A DNA stretch of 64,000 nucleotides from a virus. Of the stretch, positions 41,901 through 49,106 are shown in pieces; within the stretch, counting starts at the first letter, position 1; each line of letters begins with the position of its first letter. The stretch spans positions 7,676 to 71,675 of the IMG/VR virus record IMGVR_UViG_3300032287_000955, one strand, 5' to 3'. A program made the position numbers and the translations under genes. Below the pieces are notes generated by a model. It made no database searches. It had not been told where the DNA came from and saw nothing but the letters and a program-made list of their open reading frames with translations.

Positions 41901-42140
41901 CCAATTGCCTCTCCACGATATACCATCTGCCACAAGTTCCCAACGAGGAACCGCTAGCGGAGGAGTATCATTATTAAAATAATTTAGATCTAGATAAAAA
42001 TCAGGTGCTGCATTATGTGTTACTAAACAAGTATACACTTTGCCGCCGTAGGCAACTATATCGTCGGGATTATAACGGCCAGCTGCTGCCCAATCTCCTT
42101 GCCATGTATACTTAAATCTAGCTAATTTAAATTCTGCCAT
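35937..42140 (-). CDS. Giant multidomain fibre protein, paralog with LamG-like insertion (2067 aa)
   Basis: Same architecture and MAEFKL start; extra GDFTIEGW...WTHIAISR...GYVDEVRVSKGVARY LamG/concanavalin-like module. Confidence 0.8.
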   Translation of the reverse strand: MAEFKLARFKYTWQGDWAAAGRYNPDDIVAYGGKVYTCLVTHNAAPDFYLDLNYFNNDTPPLAVPRWELVADGISWRGNWQPDTYYTVGDIVKQFGTVYICVEGHTSNSIYVVDPFDPDQGLIVNAVDPTGVVGFFNNDINLNQYWTVHITSKNWRIDWQPDTYYTVNDVVRAGGRTYRCNQSHKSSSSFDAGLEANIISWDIVNIADDWKGDWEKNTKYIVNDIVRDGGIVYRCVAAHKSALTDSAGLAADLDLGDSTLTKWEILHNSTQYRDTWVSSTPVTSNNITTNVSTIYKVNDVVKYGSYVWICNTFHTAGLTFDTTKWDIFCPGEEFDADWSPTTAYQKGDIVFYGGNVFVANTGHVNANPSTSTILWTLLFQSSNIRGTWNSLRPYKIGDVVRKGGNVYLALLDNTSQDPDLPNDGSSTNSAYWDLMISGIDWKGVWTLGNAYSTGDVVSWGETSYRCIDAHEATVLNRPDDDANGFTWTPIVVGNSYARLKQLGDIKTFGSTSSSTLDTKRVTVGTSGQVLGIDSYGEVQWKNLWTTDKVYYVSLTGVDDPAYGITPQKPWRTLRYALDNVTGYATVFVRTGVFEEILPLRVPAFVAVVGDELRSTVIKPAGLVFTTTYLNLLVGGFSYLKDLIRHIVREEPIGTTDPLNIAFGTTLYGEIAQDFSGAPGTTAEVTVAEGLFETFITRITSGGGNIAISGSNTITLSTNMLNARQQILNNKTFLKNEVTLYVENVFTDSTVTDLPANWSVDLDRGIDAIVYDMYRAGNWKTIGAADYFVYGNLPAVNKRSNMFLLRDGTGLRNMSLIGLSGTLGAVNSYGTRRPNAGAFASLDPGWGPSDTSAWVGTRSPYVQNVSTFGDGCIGMKVDGDLHGGGNQTIVANDFTQIISDGIGMWCNGTGRSELVSVFVYYCYIGYLCTSGGRIRGTNGNCSYGTFGAVSEGVNSTENPIVGTVNNRYYEADVSQLLCNPSGNILKVFFSNAGVNYSTGAFSVSGSGGNAALIMDEFRDGAVYEVRIVNRGDSSSEGGSSYLFNTNKSQASIDNYSVILAGSDENTPAQYRGMRIMITEGTGVGQYGYIAEYVVSTLTVIVGQESKPQYNVSQTFSSGNVLTISSTAHLRENDRIIFTGTKFGNIQDNYIYYVKSVVSSTSFQISISPGGIVFGLLNGTPSVAPGATPMTLHCVGWEHFNEGTAPVSLLDTTSVYTIEPRITFTSPGFTSTSGTLPNNLTWTSIASSGLRWVTIATGTNVVAYTSDGTNWSTSTMPASTAWTKIEYVGNIFIAVATSGVAAKSSDGISWSAMTMSTSAPWTDIAYNGTTYVITASGENYVATSTDATTWTTATILGGHTFTLNDNAKLSTAISAKFGTTSLALDGTNDYLVVGSNADFNYGTGDFTIEGWFYPNALSGTQALFDQRTAATEVAVMVDLNSSGVVRLYVNGSYVLSSNTTISAAAWTHIAISRTSGITTMYIGGVLQSTTFTDANTYPTRPITIGSYFGGATYFNGYVDEVRVSKGVARYTTTFTPATSAFAWTTGTVLLLHFDGTNNSTTILDNADDWTGVAYGKGRFVAVSSTGSFSTSTNGTSWTGGFTTVGLANIAYGENRFVALQAGAGSTVSAITTDGSTWTYGAISSANWQAVGYGQGLWIAVANGSSNAAYSNDGISWSLQAIGTAPWCAVSFANISKPGKFIAIAGRVSTTTTAAIISTGATAQARATVVAGRISEFKIWEPGSGYTSAPVMTITDPNNSSEVSTSVRIGNGVIANPTITNSGIGYQTTNTRATITGNGYKDQYQLGSFLVCDAVTRLPGPGDNLSIAGINDYTYKVLSYVLLAGSVGSYTLQLNIAKDLGREETPEHGIGIEIRQAYSQVRLTGHDFLDIGLGGTVASNYPNTLFPNGTVLAPEDEIQEKGGGRVFYTSTDQDGNFRVGELFAVEQATGTVTLNAQFFELQGLEELRLGGVTVGGSGVVIREFSTDNTFTADSNNIVPTQKAIKAYIGRRVSGGGADAITSSVTAGLVQIGPTGLGTTDGSELKFPVRVNFKRGVDGTYLAQTVFMSMS

Positions 42141-42145
42141 TTACA

Positions 42146-42523
42146 TTATCCTTCTGAGTCACCGTTATCATAGGTATGACCATTATTAATTCTTACAACC
42201 AATTGCCCGTCATCGTCAATATAATAGAATAAACTTCGATCATCCCATCTATATTGAGGATATTTTAAGTTTAAAAATACAGGATTATGGGTAACATCGA
42301 GTCCTTCAAAGAAATCAACACCCACCTCAAAGTCATTGTAGTTATCTGTTTCTAAACCCGGATTGTTTAGCGTTACTGTATCTTTATCTCGAATATTATC
42401 AAGACGTTGCATGAACACACTGCCGTTTTCGTTTTTACGCAATCCATAGAAAAATCTAGGAGTATCGCCCAGAGCGGTATACGGATCGGTACCTAAGTAA
42501 TAATTAGTTGCTGAACCTGCCAT
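42146..42523 (-). CDS. Hypothetical structural protein
   Basis: 125-aa in-operon ORF with AAGGAG. Confidence 0.6.
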   Translation of the reverse strand: MAGSATNYYLGTDPYTALGDTPRFFYGLRKNENGSVFMQRLDNIRDKDTVTLNNPGLETDNYNDFEVGVDFFEGLDVTHNPVFLNLKYPQYRWDDRSLFYYIDDDGQLVVRINNGHTYDNGDSEG

Positions 42524-42533
42524 GTGCTACTCC

Positions 42534-42866
42534 TTATGATAATGAAACATAACTGATAACTGCATCGATACTATTTGGAGTATCGCTGGTTACTCTAATG
42601 CCGCCGCCAATAGGCAAAATTAATTTTTCACCGTTGGTAATTAATTTAAGGCTAGAGTTGGGCGGAATCACAACTCCTTTAATATAATATGCAAAGCTGC
42701 TACCTTCATCTGTCATTTGTATATCAACAATAGCATTGTCATAGTCTGTGGTATTTGTTAGGTTGCAACCGATCACAGTAATAGTAAATCCCGGAGGACA
42801 TTCTAAAATTGTCACAGGATTTGTTCCTATTCCGCTTTCAATTGCTTGATTAAACGAGGTTGGCAT
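42534..42866 (-). CDS. Small beta-sandwich structural protein (paralog family)
   Basis: TVIGCNLTN, YYIKGVVIPPNSSL, KLIL. Confidence 0.6.
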   Translation of the reverse strand: MPTSFNQAIESGIGTNPVTILECPPGFTITVIGCNLTNTTDYDNAIVDIQMTDEGSSFAYYIKGVVIPPNSSLKLITNGEKLILPIGGGIRVTSDTPNSIDAVISYVSLS

Positions 42867-42874
42867 TTTCTATG

Positions 42875-43960
42875 TTATCCAAAAGTTAATACTGTTCTAA
42901 TAGCGATGTCATTGGCACCAATTTCTGATACCGCACCGCTTGAACCTGCTGGGCTTGCCCATCCAAGTCCGTCCCAAATTTCTAAGGCTCTTGATTCTGT
43001 GTTATAACGTGTCATACCCACGGTACCGGCGTTCATGTATGCCGTAGGACGATTACCCACGTTACCGACTGGTGGGCGGAATCCGTTGGTTCCGTCGATT
43101 TTAAAATATCCAGCCGGGCCGCTTTGTACTAACAGGGTAATAGCATTTATTGAAACGTTAGTAATTGTATTGTCAAGAATACTGAAATTACCTAATCTTA
43201 CATTGCCTGTGCCTGCTGGATCAAGGACTAAATCTGTTCCTGTAGTTGTAGAAATAACATTATTAGCAAACTTAATATTACCAACATCGAGTGTATCAGA
43301 GTTTAAATTATCTGCGTTGATGTTTCTAGCATATACTGTTCTCCACTGAAACGATAATGAACCCAAATCCCAGGTATTGTCAGTCTCGGGAATTAAACTG
43401 CTTTTGATGCTGGCATTGATAACAATATTGTCTGTTAGAGCATCACCTATGGTAAGATTACCACCTATTGTGATATTGCCTGTAACATCAATGTTACCAG
43501 TGACTGTTAAATCGCCATACACATTGGCGTTTGAATACATTTTAACAGAACCAGTGCCACTTGGACTGATTTCTAAATCTGCGTTAGAGCTTAGTGTTGA
43601 AATTACGTTGTCAGTGATATCAATGTCATTGACCTGTAATCTAGAGTGATAAATTGTTGGTTCGCCGCCGCTTGGGGCAAATGTAATTGTTGATAGATCG
43701 CTGGCAATAGTGTTTCCACTGACTGTGAAATCACCTATCGTTAGAGTATTATCAACAATTAAATCTGTTGTTCTTGTTGTTCCGTTTACGTCTAGGGGGT
43801 ACTGGGTAAGCCCAGCTACAGATGTTGGGGAGCCTTTGTTAACTCCAATTCGAGAGTCAACAACATTTAGATAGAGAAGATCAGTCTCAAAAGCTAGGTC
43901 TACACCATTACGGAGTAGATTTGACTTAAGGAGCTGACCGGAAATACGACCAATAGCCAT
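42875..43960 (-). CDS. Fibre-like structural protein (start set to MAIGRISG)
   Basis: ATG at 43960 preceded by GGAGAG; N.IS..L.I.P.GTG.V repeats; P.G....RP..G.TRYNT..LE.WDG motif. Confidence 0.7.
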   Translation of the reverse strand: MAIGRISGQLLKSNLLRNGVDLAFETDLLYLNVVDSRIGVNKGSPTSVAGLTQYPLDVNGTTRTTDLIVDNTLTIGDFTVSGNTIASDLSTITFAPSGGEPTIYHSRLQVNDIDITDNVISTLSSNADLEISPSGTGSVKMYSNANVYGDLTVTGNIDVTGNITIGGNLTIGDALTDNIVINASIKSSLIPETDNTWDLGSLSFQWRTVYARNINADNLNSDTLDVGNIKFANNVISTTTGTDLVLDPAGTGNVRLGNFSILDNTITNVSINAITLLVQSGPAGYFKIDGTNGFRPPVGNVGNRPTAYMNAGTVGMTRYNTESRALEIWDGLGWASPAGSSGAVSEIGANDIAIRTVLTFG

Positions 43961-44074
43961 GAGCTCTCCAATATACACCGTTTTACACGGATTACCAGAT
44001 TTTCAGCTTGCGCTCTTTGTCGGTATACCACAGTCGGATTTTACAAAGATTTGGTCAACCTTTGCAACTAGTAG

Positions 44075-44082
44075 TATTTATA
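44075..44082 (-). promoter_or_regulatory. T4-type late promoter preceding a ~110-nt leader
   Basis: Exact TATAAATA on the minus strand. Confidence 0.65.
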
Positions 44083-44093
44083 CAGATTGGAAA

Positions 44094-45167
44094 TTAACCG
44101 AAGATGAGTGTGTATCGATGGCCTAGGTCTTGCATAATTTCGGTGGTTATTTCTATACCACCACCAGTAGCCACTTGCCAAACTGTGCCATCAAAACATT
44201 CTAAGTAGTCGAGTTCTGTGTTCCAGCGTGTTTCCCCTGGCCCGTATCCCACACGCTCTGCTGTTGTACCTGCAGGAAGTTGAAAACCAAATTCTCCTGC
44301 AAATCTTAAATAACCGTTGCCTGTGTGGACAATAGTTATTTCAGAATCTACTAAGTTTGTGATAGTATCGTCTTTGATACTGATACTTTCCAGGGTAACT
44401 GTTCCTTCGTCAGATGTTACAAATAAATCGTCATTTGATTGCAATGTGCTGATAGTATTTCCAGCCATGTAAATTTGCTCACTGACTGTGGCTGTTGTTG
44501 ATATAAAACCGTCTATGTGATTATTGTTGTTAACGTATAAACGTCTCCATTTTTCAGCAAGTGTGCCTAGATCGTAAGAATCGTGATCTCCTGGAATTAT
44601 GCTTTGTGTAAAATCTGGAACCACAGTTAACGTATCATAAGAAGTATCACCTATGGTGAAAATACCTTTGATGTTGACATTTTGTTGGGCAAATATTGAT
44701 CCAGAAACTCCTAGATTCTCATCGATATATGTATTGGCGTTTAAATTTGTTTCGCCTATACCGTCAGGACGCAGTTCAAAGTTTCTGTCAGCGATCCTAC
44801 CTCGAATGTAGTTATCGTTGATATCTAATGTATTAGTAATAACCCGCTCGTGTTCTATAATAGTTGTTGGTCCACCTGTAGGAACAATATTCAATGCTCC
44901 GACTAATGTGCTAAAAGAACTGTTGGTGTTTATTATAACATTATTAACTCTAGCAGAAGTACCGTTGACAATTACATCTGGTGCTCGTGTAGTTCCGTTA
45001 ACTTGTAGAGAGTGTGTTGGCGCAGACGTTTTTACACCAACTCGCTTGTTGGTAACATCTAAGTAGAGTAAACTGGTTTCAACAGCAATGTCAACGTCTG
45101 CTCTAAGCAGGTTGTCTGTTAAAAGTTGACCGCCAATTCGCCCTAGTTGACTGTCAGGTACTGGCAT
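44094..45167 (-). CDS. Fibre-like structural protein, paralog of 42875-43960
   Basis: GRIGGQLL..NLLR..VD.A.ET.LLYLDV; LPAGTTAER..GETRWNTE..YLECFDG. Confidence 0.7.
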   Translation of the reverse strand: MPVPDSQLGRIGGQLLTDNLLRADVDIAVETSLLYLDVTNKRVGVKTSAPTHSLQVNGTTRAPDVIVNGTSARVNNVIINTNSSFSTLVGALNIVPTGGPTTIIEHERVITNTLDINDNYIRGRIADRNFELRPDGIGETNLNANTYIDENLGVSGSIFAQQNVNIKGIFTIGDTSYDTLTVVPDFTQSIIPGDHDSYDLGTLAEKWRRLYVNNNNHIDGFISTTATVSEQIYMAGNTISTLQSNDDLFVTSDEGTVTLESISIKDDTITNLVDSEITIVHTGNGYLRFAGEFGFQLPAGTTAERVGYGPGETRWNTELDYLECFDGTVWQVATGGGIEITTEIMQDLGHRYTLIFG

Positions 45168-45169
45168 TA

Positions 45170-45730
45170 TTAATCAGCGTATCCGTGATATACTGTCACG
45201 TATACAGGATTGCCGCCGCCTCCGGTGTTTGGTACTGCCGAGGTAAATTTAACATACCAACCATCAGCATACGGTGCTCCGGGGCCGCTGAGGCTTCCAG
45301 AAGTACTTTGTTGAACTGAAAAATTAGTTGTTGAGATCTGCATAACATTTTCAACTAATACTATAATATTATCTGCGTTGGCTCTGTAACCGGTTCCTGC
45401 TGGAACTGTAGTCAATGGTCCGAATACTGTTTCAACTCCGTTTCCTGGGCCAAATGTCTGTTTTGTTATAGCTGTAGAGCTAGGAGCTCTAACAGTTTGC
45501 CAGTATCCGTTAATGTATGCTTCTACGCTGTTGTTATCAGTATTGTAACGAATATATCCGTTAGGACCGTTGTGTACTCCAACTACAACATCAGGACGTT
45601 GTGCTGCTGTGCCCTTTGGTAAGCGTAGAGCACCGATACCGTCCATTACATATCTTCCAGATGGTGTGGCAACTAACGCATCATCTGAGATACTGAATTT
45701 AGAAATGTTTTTAGTTTTTAAATATTTCAT
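45170..45730 (-). CDS. Structural protein with the LP.GT..QRP/RYNT motif
   Basis: LPKGTAAQRP...GYIRYNTDNNSVEAY. Confidence 0.65.
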   Translation of the reverse strand: MKYLKTKNISKFSISDDALVATPSGRYVMDGIGALRLPKGTAAQRPDVVVGVHNGPNGYIRYNTDNNSVEAYINGYWQTVRAPSSTAITKQTFGPGNGVETVFGPLTTVPAGTGYRANADNIIVLVENVMQISTTNFSVQQSTSGSLSGPGAPYADGWYVKFTSAVPNTGGGGNPVYVTVYHGYAD

Positions 45731-46077
45731 ACTGCTAATGTGCTTACCGTTATGCTTAGTAAATTACCTGCGCTTGCAACAGCAACAATAAAATCTCCGC
45801 TGTCTAAAATAATCTTTTCATCGCTAAAAAATATTGTTTCGCCTGCCGGTACTAATAGGCTTGATACAATTTTATTGCCAAATGTCTGTGCGCCGGTGTC
45901 TGCACTTTCACCGCTTTTTACAGCGTAAAGGTTAAGAGTACAGGCGTTGATTGATTCATCAGTTGCGTTCGGTGCTCCGATATTACAGATAATGATTGTA
46001 ACAATCGCATTGGTTCCACTACTTGTATATAATGTAGTTGATCCAGTGGTTGTTATTGCTGTGTTTTTAATTGCCAT
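45727..46077 (-). CDS. Small beta-sandwich structural protein (paralog family)
   Basis: TTLYTS..AIVTIIICN, VPAGET..F..EKIILDSGD. Confidence 0.6.
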   Translation of the reverse strand: MAIKNTAITTTGSTTLYTSSGTNAIVTIIICNIGAPNATDESINACTLNLYAVKSGESADTGAQTFGNKIVSSLLVPAGETIFFSDEKIILDSGDFIVAVASAGNLLSITVSTLAV

Positions 46078-46086
46078 GTCCTATCC

Positions 46087-47070
46087 TTAAAATAACATAC
46101 TGTATAATAATGCTCTATTAGTACTTATGAGTTCTCTATTACCGTTTGGTGCTGCTGTTGTATTGTTTGTTGAAAAATACAAACCTGTATTACCCGTGCT
46201 TGGGGTTTTAGCATACAGTTGAGAGAATCCCGAAACTGTTGAAACATTGGCTCCTTGTTGGTCAAGTTTCAGTGCGTAATTTGTTCTAAGTTTACCTGTA
46301 CCTGTGGTTCTTAGATAGATATCGGTGTTGGTATCGTTGTTAACAACTTCTGAATCAGAAAACTCTAATCCTTGAATAACCACTCTGTCGATAAAGAATG
46401 TCGAATTAGGTATACCATCCACTACCACTTGTATCTGAGTTTCTGCTACAACTGCGCCTAAATAATCTAAGCCGCCTCCTGTGGGAATAGCTTCTATGTC
46501 TGCAATAATTATTCGAGAGTTATCATCTCTAATTTGTCTAGCAGGTGATCCTTGAATCGCATCATCTACATATCTTTTATTTGGTATTGCATCGTCTCCA
46601 AATGCAATAACCTGTAATTCGTAGGCAGTTGTTCCAGCAACATTAACAACTCCTGTGCCTGCACCTATTAGCGTTAGATTTCCACCGTCAGTGTCAGAAT
46701 CTGTTAATAAATTTCTTAATCTTAACGATGTTCCGGCAAAATTATACGGATCGTTACCCGTCTTGTTTACAAAGTTCCAAGAATTATCTGCATCGTCAAA
46801 CAACAAGAATGCATCATCTTCTGTACCTCTGTCAATTTGAATACCAGAGTAACGTAACGTTACTCCGGCACCCGTTTCACCATAATTTAAAACTATGATA
46901 TTGTCATTAATTTGTAGACTTTCTGTGGAAACAGTTAACGTGTCACCTTGAACCACAAGGTTGCCAGTGATAACAGTTTGACCTACACCGGCTCCAGTAT
47001 CGAGCTTGATAGTAGAGCCGATCTTAGATTTTATATTATAGTCACCGTTGACCTGTATTACCTGTCCCAT
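46087..47070 (-). CDS. Fibre-like structural protein
   Basis: ITGNLVVQG....V......INDNII.LN, SGIQIDRGT, IPNKRYVD. Confidence 0.65.
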   Translation of the reverse strand: MGQVIQVNGDYNIKSKIGSTIKLDTGAGVGQTVITGNLVVQGDTLTVSTESLQINDNIIVLNYGETGAGVTLRYSGIQIDRGTEDDAFLLFDDADNSWNFVNKTGNDPYNFAGTSLRLRNLLTDSDTDGGNLTLIGAGTGVVNVAGTTAYELQVIAFGDDAIPNKRYVDDAIQGSPARQIRDDNSRIIIADIEAIPTGGGLDYLGAVVAETQIQVVVDGIPNSTFFIDRVVIQGLEFSDSEVVNNDTNTDIYLRTTGTGKLRTNYALKLDQQGANVSTVSGFSQLYAKTPSTGNTGLYFSTNNTTAAPNGNRELISTNRALLYSMLF

Positions 47071-47084
47071 TTCTAGTTCCTAAA

Positions 47085-47498
47085 TTAAGATACTGAAGTG
47101 ATTGCTGTTAGTTGGATATAGTCGCTAGTTGAATCATTGACTAAGAACCAAGTGTAACGATTGCCGCTGAAATCTGTAGCAACACGTTTAGTTAACTTAG
47201 CAATTGGTGTTGGTGCTGCTGCGTTACCACCAATATAGCCGTTAATTCTCATTTGACCGTTTGCGCTAGGGATAGCAGACTGAAGTACACAAGTTGCTAG
47301 TGTAGCTGCTTGATTTGCCACAACATAGGTTTTTGCTCCTCTTTGTTTGTAGATGTAAGCATAGTTTGTTGAGCTGTTATAGGTTGCATCGGTATATGCT
47401 GTGCTGCTGAAATACGCTTCTACACGAACACCTGTAGCACTAGATGGTGTACCAATAACATCAGTACCTAGTACATCTTTCTTTAATGGACGTCCCAT
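47085..47498 (-). CDS. Hypothetical structural protein
   Basis: 137 aa; strong AAGGAG; TAAATA box upstream at 47585-47590. Confidence 0.65.
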   Translation of the reverse strand: MGRPLKKDVLGTDVIGTPSSATGVRVEAYFSSTAYTDATYNSSTNYAYIYKQRGAKTYVVANQAATLATCVLQSAIPSANGQMRINGYIGGNAAAPTPIAKLTKRVATDFSGNRYTWFLVNDSTSDYIQLTAITSVS

Positions 47499-47587
47499 TT
47501 GTTTTCTCCTTAAATTGACGTTTTAGGTCTACGCAGAGGGATTCTGCATAAGTCTTGTTTTCACAAGTTCTCATTTAGACAATGTAT

Positions 47588-47857
47588 TTATCTTTGACTC
47601 AGCAATGCCATGAGCTCAATTTTTTCTACTGTTAGGATAAGGTTATTAATATCAGCTAATTCTTGTTGGGCTTGTTCTAAGTACCGTCTTTGCTTAGTTT
47701 GCCTATAGTGTACACCTGCTATGCTATAATTTTGAATGTGATTTTCGCAGATATTTTCAATTCGATTTACATCATGTTTGAACATAGGGAATCTCTTACG
47801 CCAAACATTAAACTGTTTTCGTAACTCGGAAAAATCTTTTTCACTTTGCACTTCCAT
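47588..47857 (-). CDS. Hypothetical helical protein (start set to MEVQSE)
   Basis: ATG at 47857 lies 5 nt after TAAATA; the track's start falls inside the terminator. Confidence 0.55.
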   Translation of the reverse strand: MEVQSEKDFSELRKQFNVWRKRFPMFKHDVNRIENICENHIQNYSIAGVHYRQTKQRRYLEQAQQELADINNLILTVEKIELMALLSQR

Positions 47858-47876
47858 ATCGGTATTTAAGTCAAAC

Positions 47877-47900
47877 AAAAAGGCTCCGAAGAGCCTTTTT
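47877..47900 (-). terminator. Intrinsic terminator after the major capsid gene
   Basis: AAAAGGCTC-TTCG-GAGCCTTTT (UUCG tetraloop). Confidence 0.85.
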
Positions 47901-47925
47901 GACTTTGCGTTAGTATTACTACTAA

Positions 47926-49095
47926 TTAAGCAAATTTTAAGTTAGCTGTTGTTACAGCAACTTTACCTAGGTAGTCACCTGCGTTACCTAGAGAAGAAGC
48001 TGTGTTTGTCAACTCAACATATCCATAACGAGTCATAAATGATACGACTGGTTCGAATGTTGCTGGGTCTAGAACAACACCACTGCTCATCAATGGAATG
48101 TATGGGCAATAGAATGCTGCTGCATCGCTTTCGCTTGAACCTTTGTAACCAACTAAAACGTCATCGCTTGTAGCGTAGCCGTTTACGTACACTTTCATTG
48201 CGCTGTTCAATGTACCAACAAACTTAGTGTTTGTAGGTGCTTCGAATGTACCTTCTGTTGTTCTTGCGAACGCAGAAGTTGTAGCACTTTGTAGAAGTGT
48301 CAATGTTGTTGGGCTTACAACACACCAGTTACCAGCACCACGACGTGTACGTTGTGCAATCAAGTTAGATACACGGTTGATTTGAACAGCTAAAGCAGCG
48401 TGTTCGTCACCAACGAATGTAGCAGTACCTGAAACAGCGGACTGATCGTATGTTAATACTGTTGTTGAAAGGTTAGATAAAGAAGCAAGAACTTCTTGAT
48501 CGATTTCAGCTGTAATTTCTTGAGCTAAAGCAGCCATGATTTCTGCTTCGATGTCAATGCCTTGTTGGGCTTGTGCATCTTGTGCAGCTTCAAACGTCCA
48601 GCGAGCAGACAATTTACGTGTCTTAGCTTCAACTGTTTGTTTCAAGATTTGAATGCTTAGTCTGTTACCTGCAACACCTTCAAGAGCTGCTGTAGCAGCG
48701 GCCTTGTCAGTAGCAGCACCAGAATAGCCTTCAGCAATCTTGAATGGGCTTAGTGCTTCATCGCCAGCTGTAATATCAGTACCACTTGTGCTGTTAAAGC
48801 TATCTGCATAGCGAACACGTAGAGTATGGATTTGACCAACTGGGCCAGTCATTGGTTGTACACCAACTAGTTCATTAGCAATGACTGTTGGCATTACACG
48901 TCTGATCACTGGAAGGATCACACGATTTAGGGTTGCAACGTTACCGGACGAAGTTGCGCCAGCTGTGGCAGACTCAGACAAATACTTGCGGGTATTTTCG
49001 AGAGTTGTTGCCATCACTGTACGCTTGTTACCTTGAAGACCTTCTAGAAGGGCGTCTTTGGTTTCCGACCAGCGTGACTCGAGTAATTGTGACAT
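47926..49095 (-). CDS. gp23: Major capsid protein
   Basis: IRRVMP..IA.ELVGVQPMTGP.GQI, V.AKTRKL.A.WT.E.AQD, EITAEID.E, RRGAGN, AFYCPYIPL, F.P..FMTRYG. Confidence 0.97.
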   Translation of the reverse strand: MSQLLESRWSETKDALLEGLQGNKRTVMATTLENTRKYLSESATAGATSSGNVATLNRVILPVIRRVMPTVIANELVGVQPMTGPVGQIHTLRVRYADSFNSTSGTDITAGDEALSPFKIAEGYSGAATDKAAATAALEGVAGNRLSIQILKQTVEAKTRKLSARWTFEAAQDAQAQQGIDIEAEIMAALAQEITAEIDQEVLASLSNLSTTVLTYDQSAVSGTATFVGDEHAALAVQINRVSNLIAQRTRRGAGNWCVVSPTTLTLLQSATTSAFARTTEGTFEAPTNTKFVGTLNSAMKVYVNGYATSDDVLVGYKGSSESDAAAFYCPYIPLMSSGVVLDPATFEPVVSFMTRYGYVELTNTASSLGNAGDYLGKVAVTTANLKFA

Positions 49096-49106
49096 TATAG
49101 TTCTCC

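Noticed and set aside
43961-44093. tRNA or known riboswitch in this gap or in 60022-60526
   Set aside because: No cloverleaf with a TTCGA T-loop, and no riboswitch consensus I could recognise
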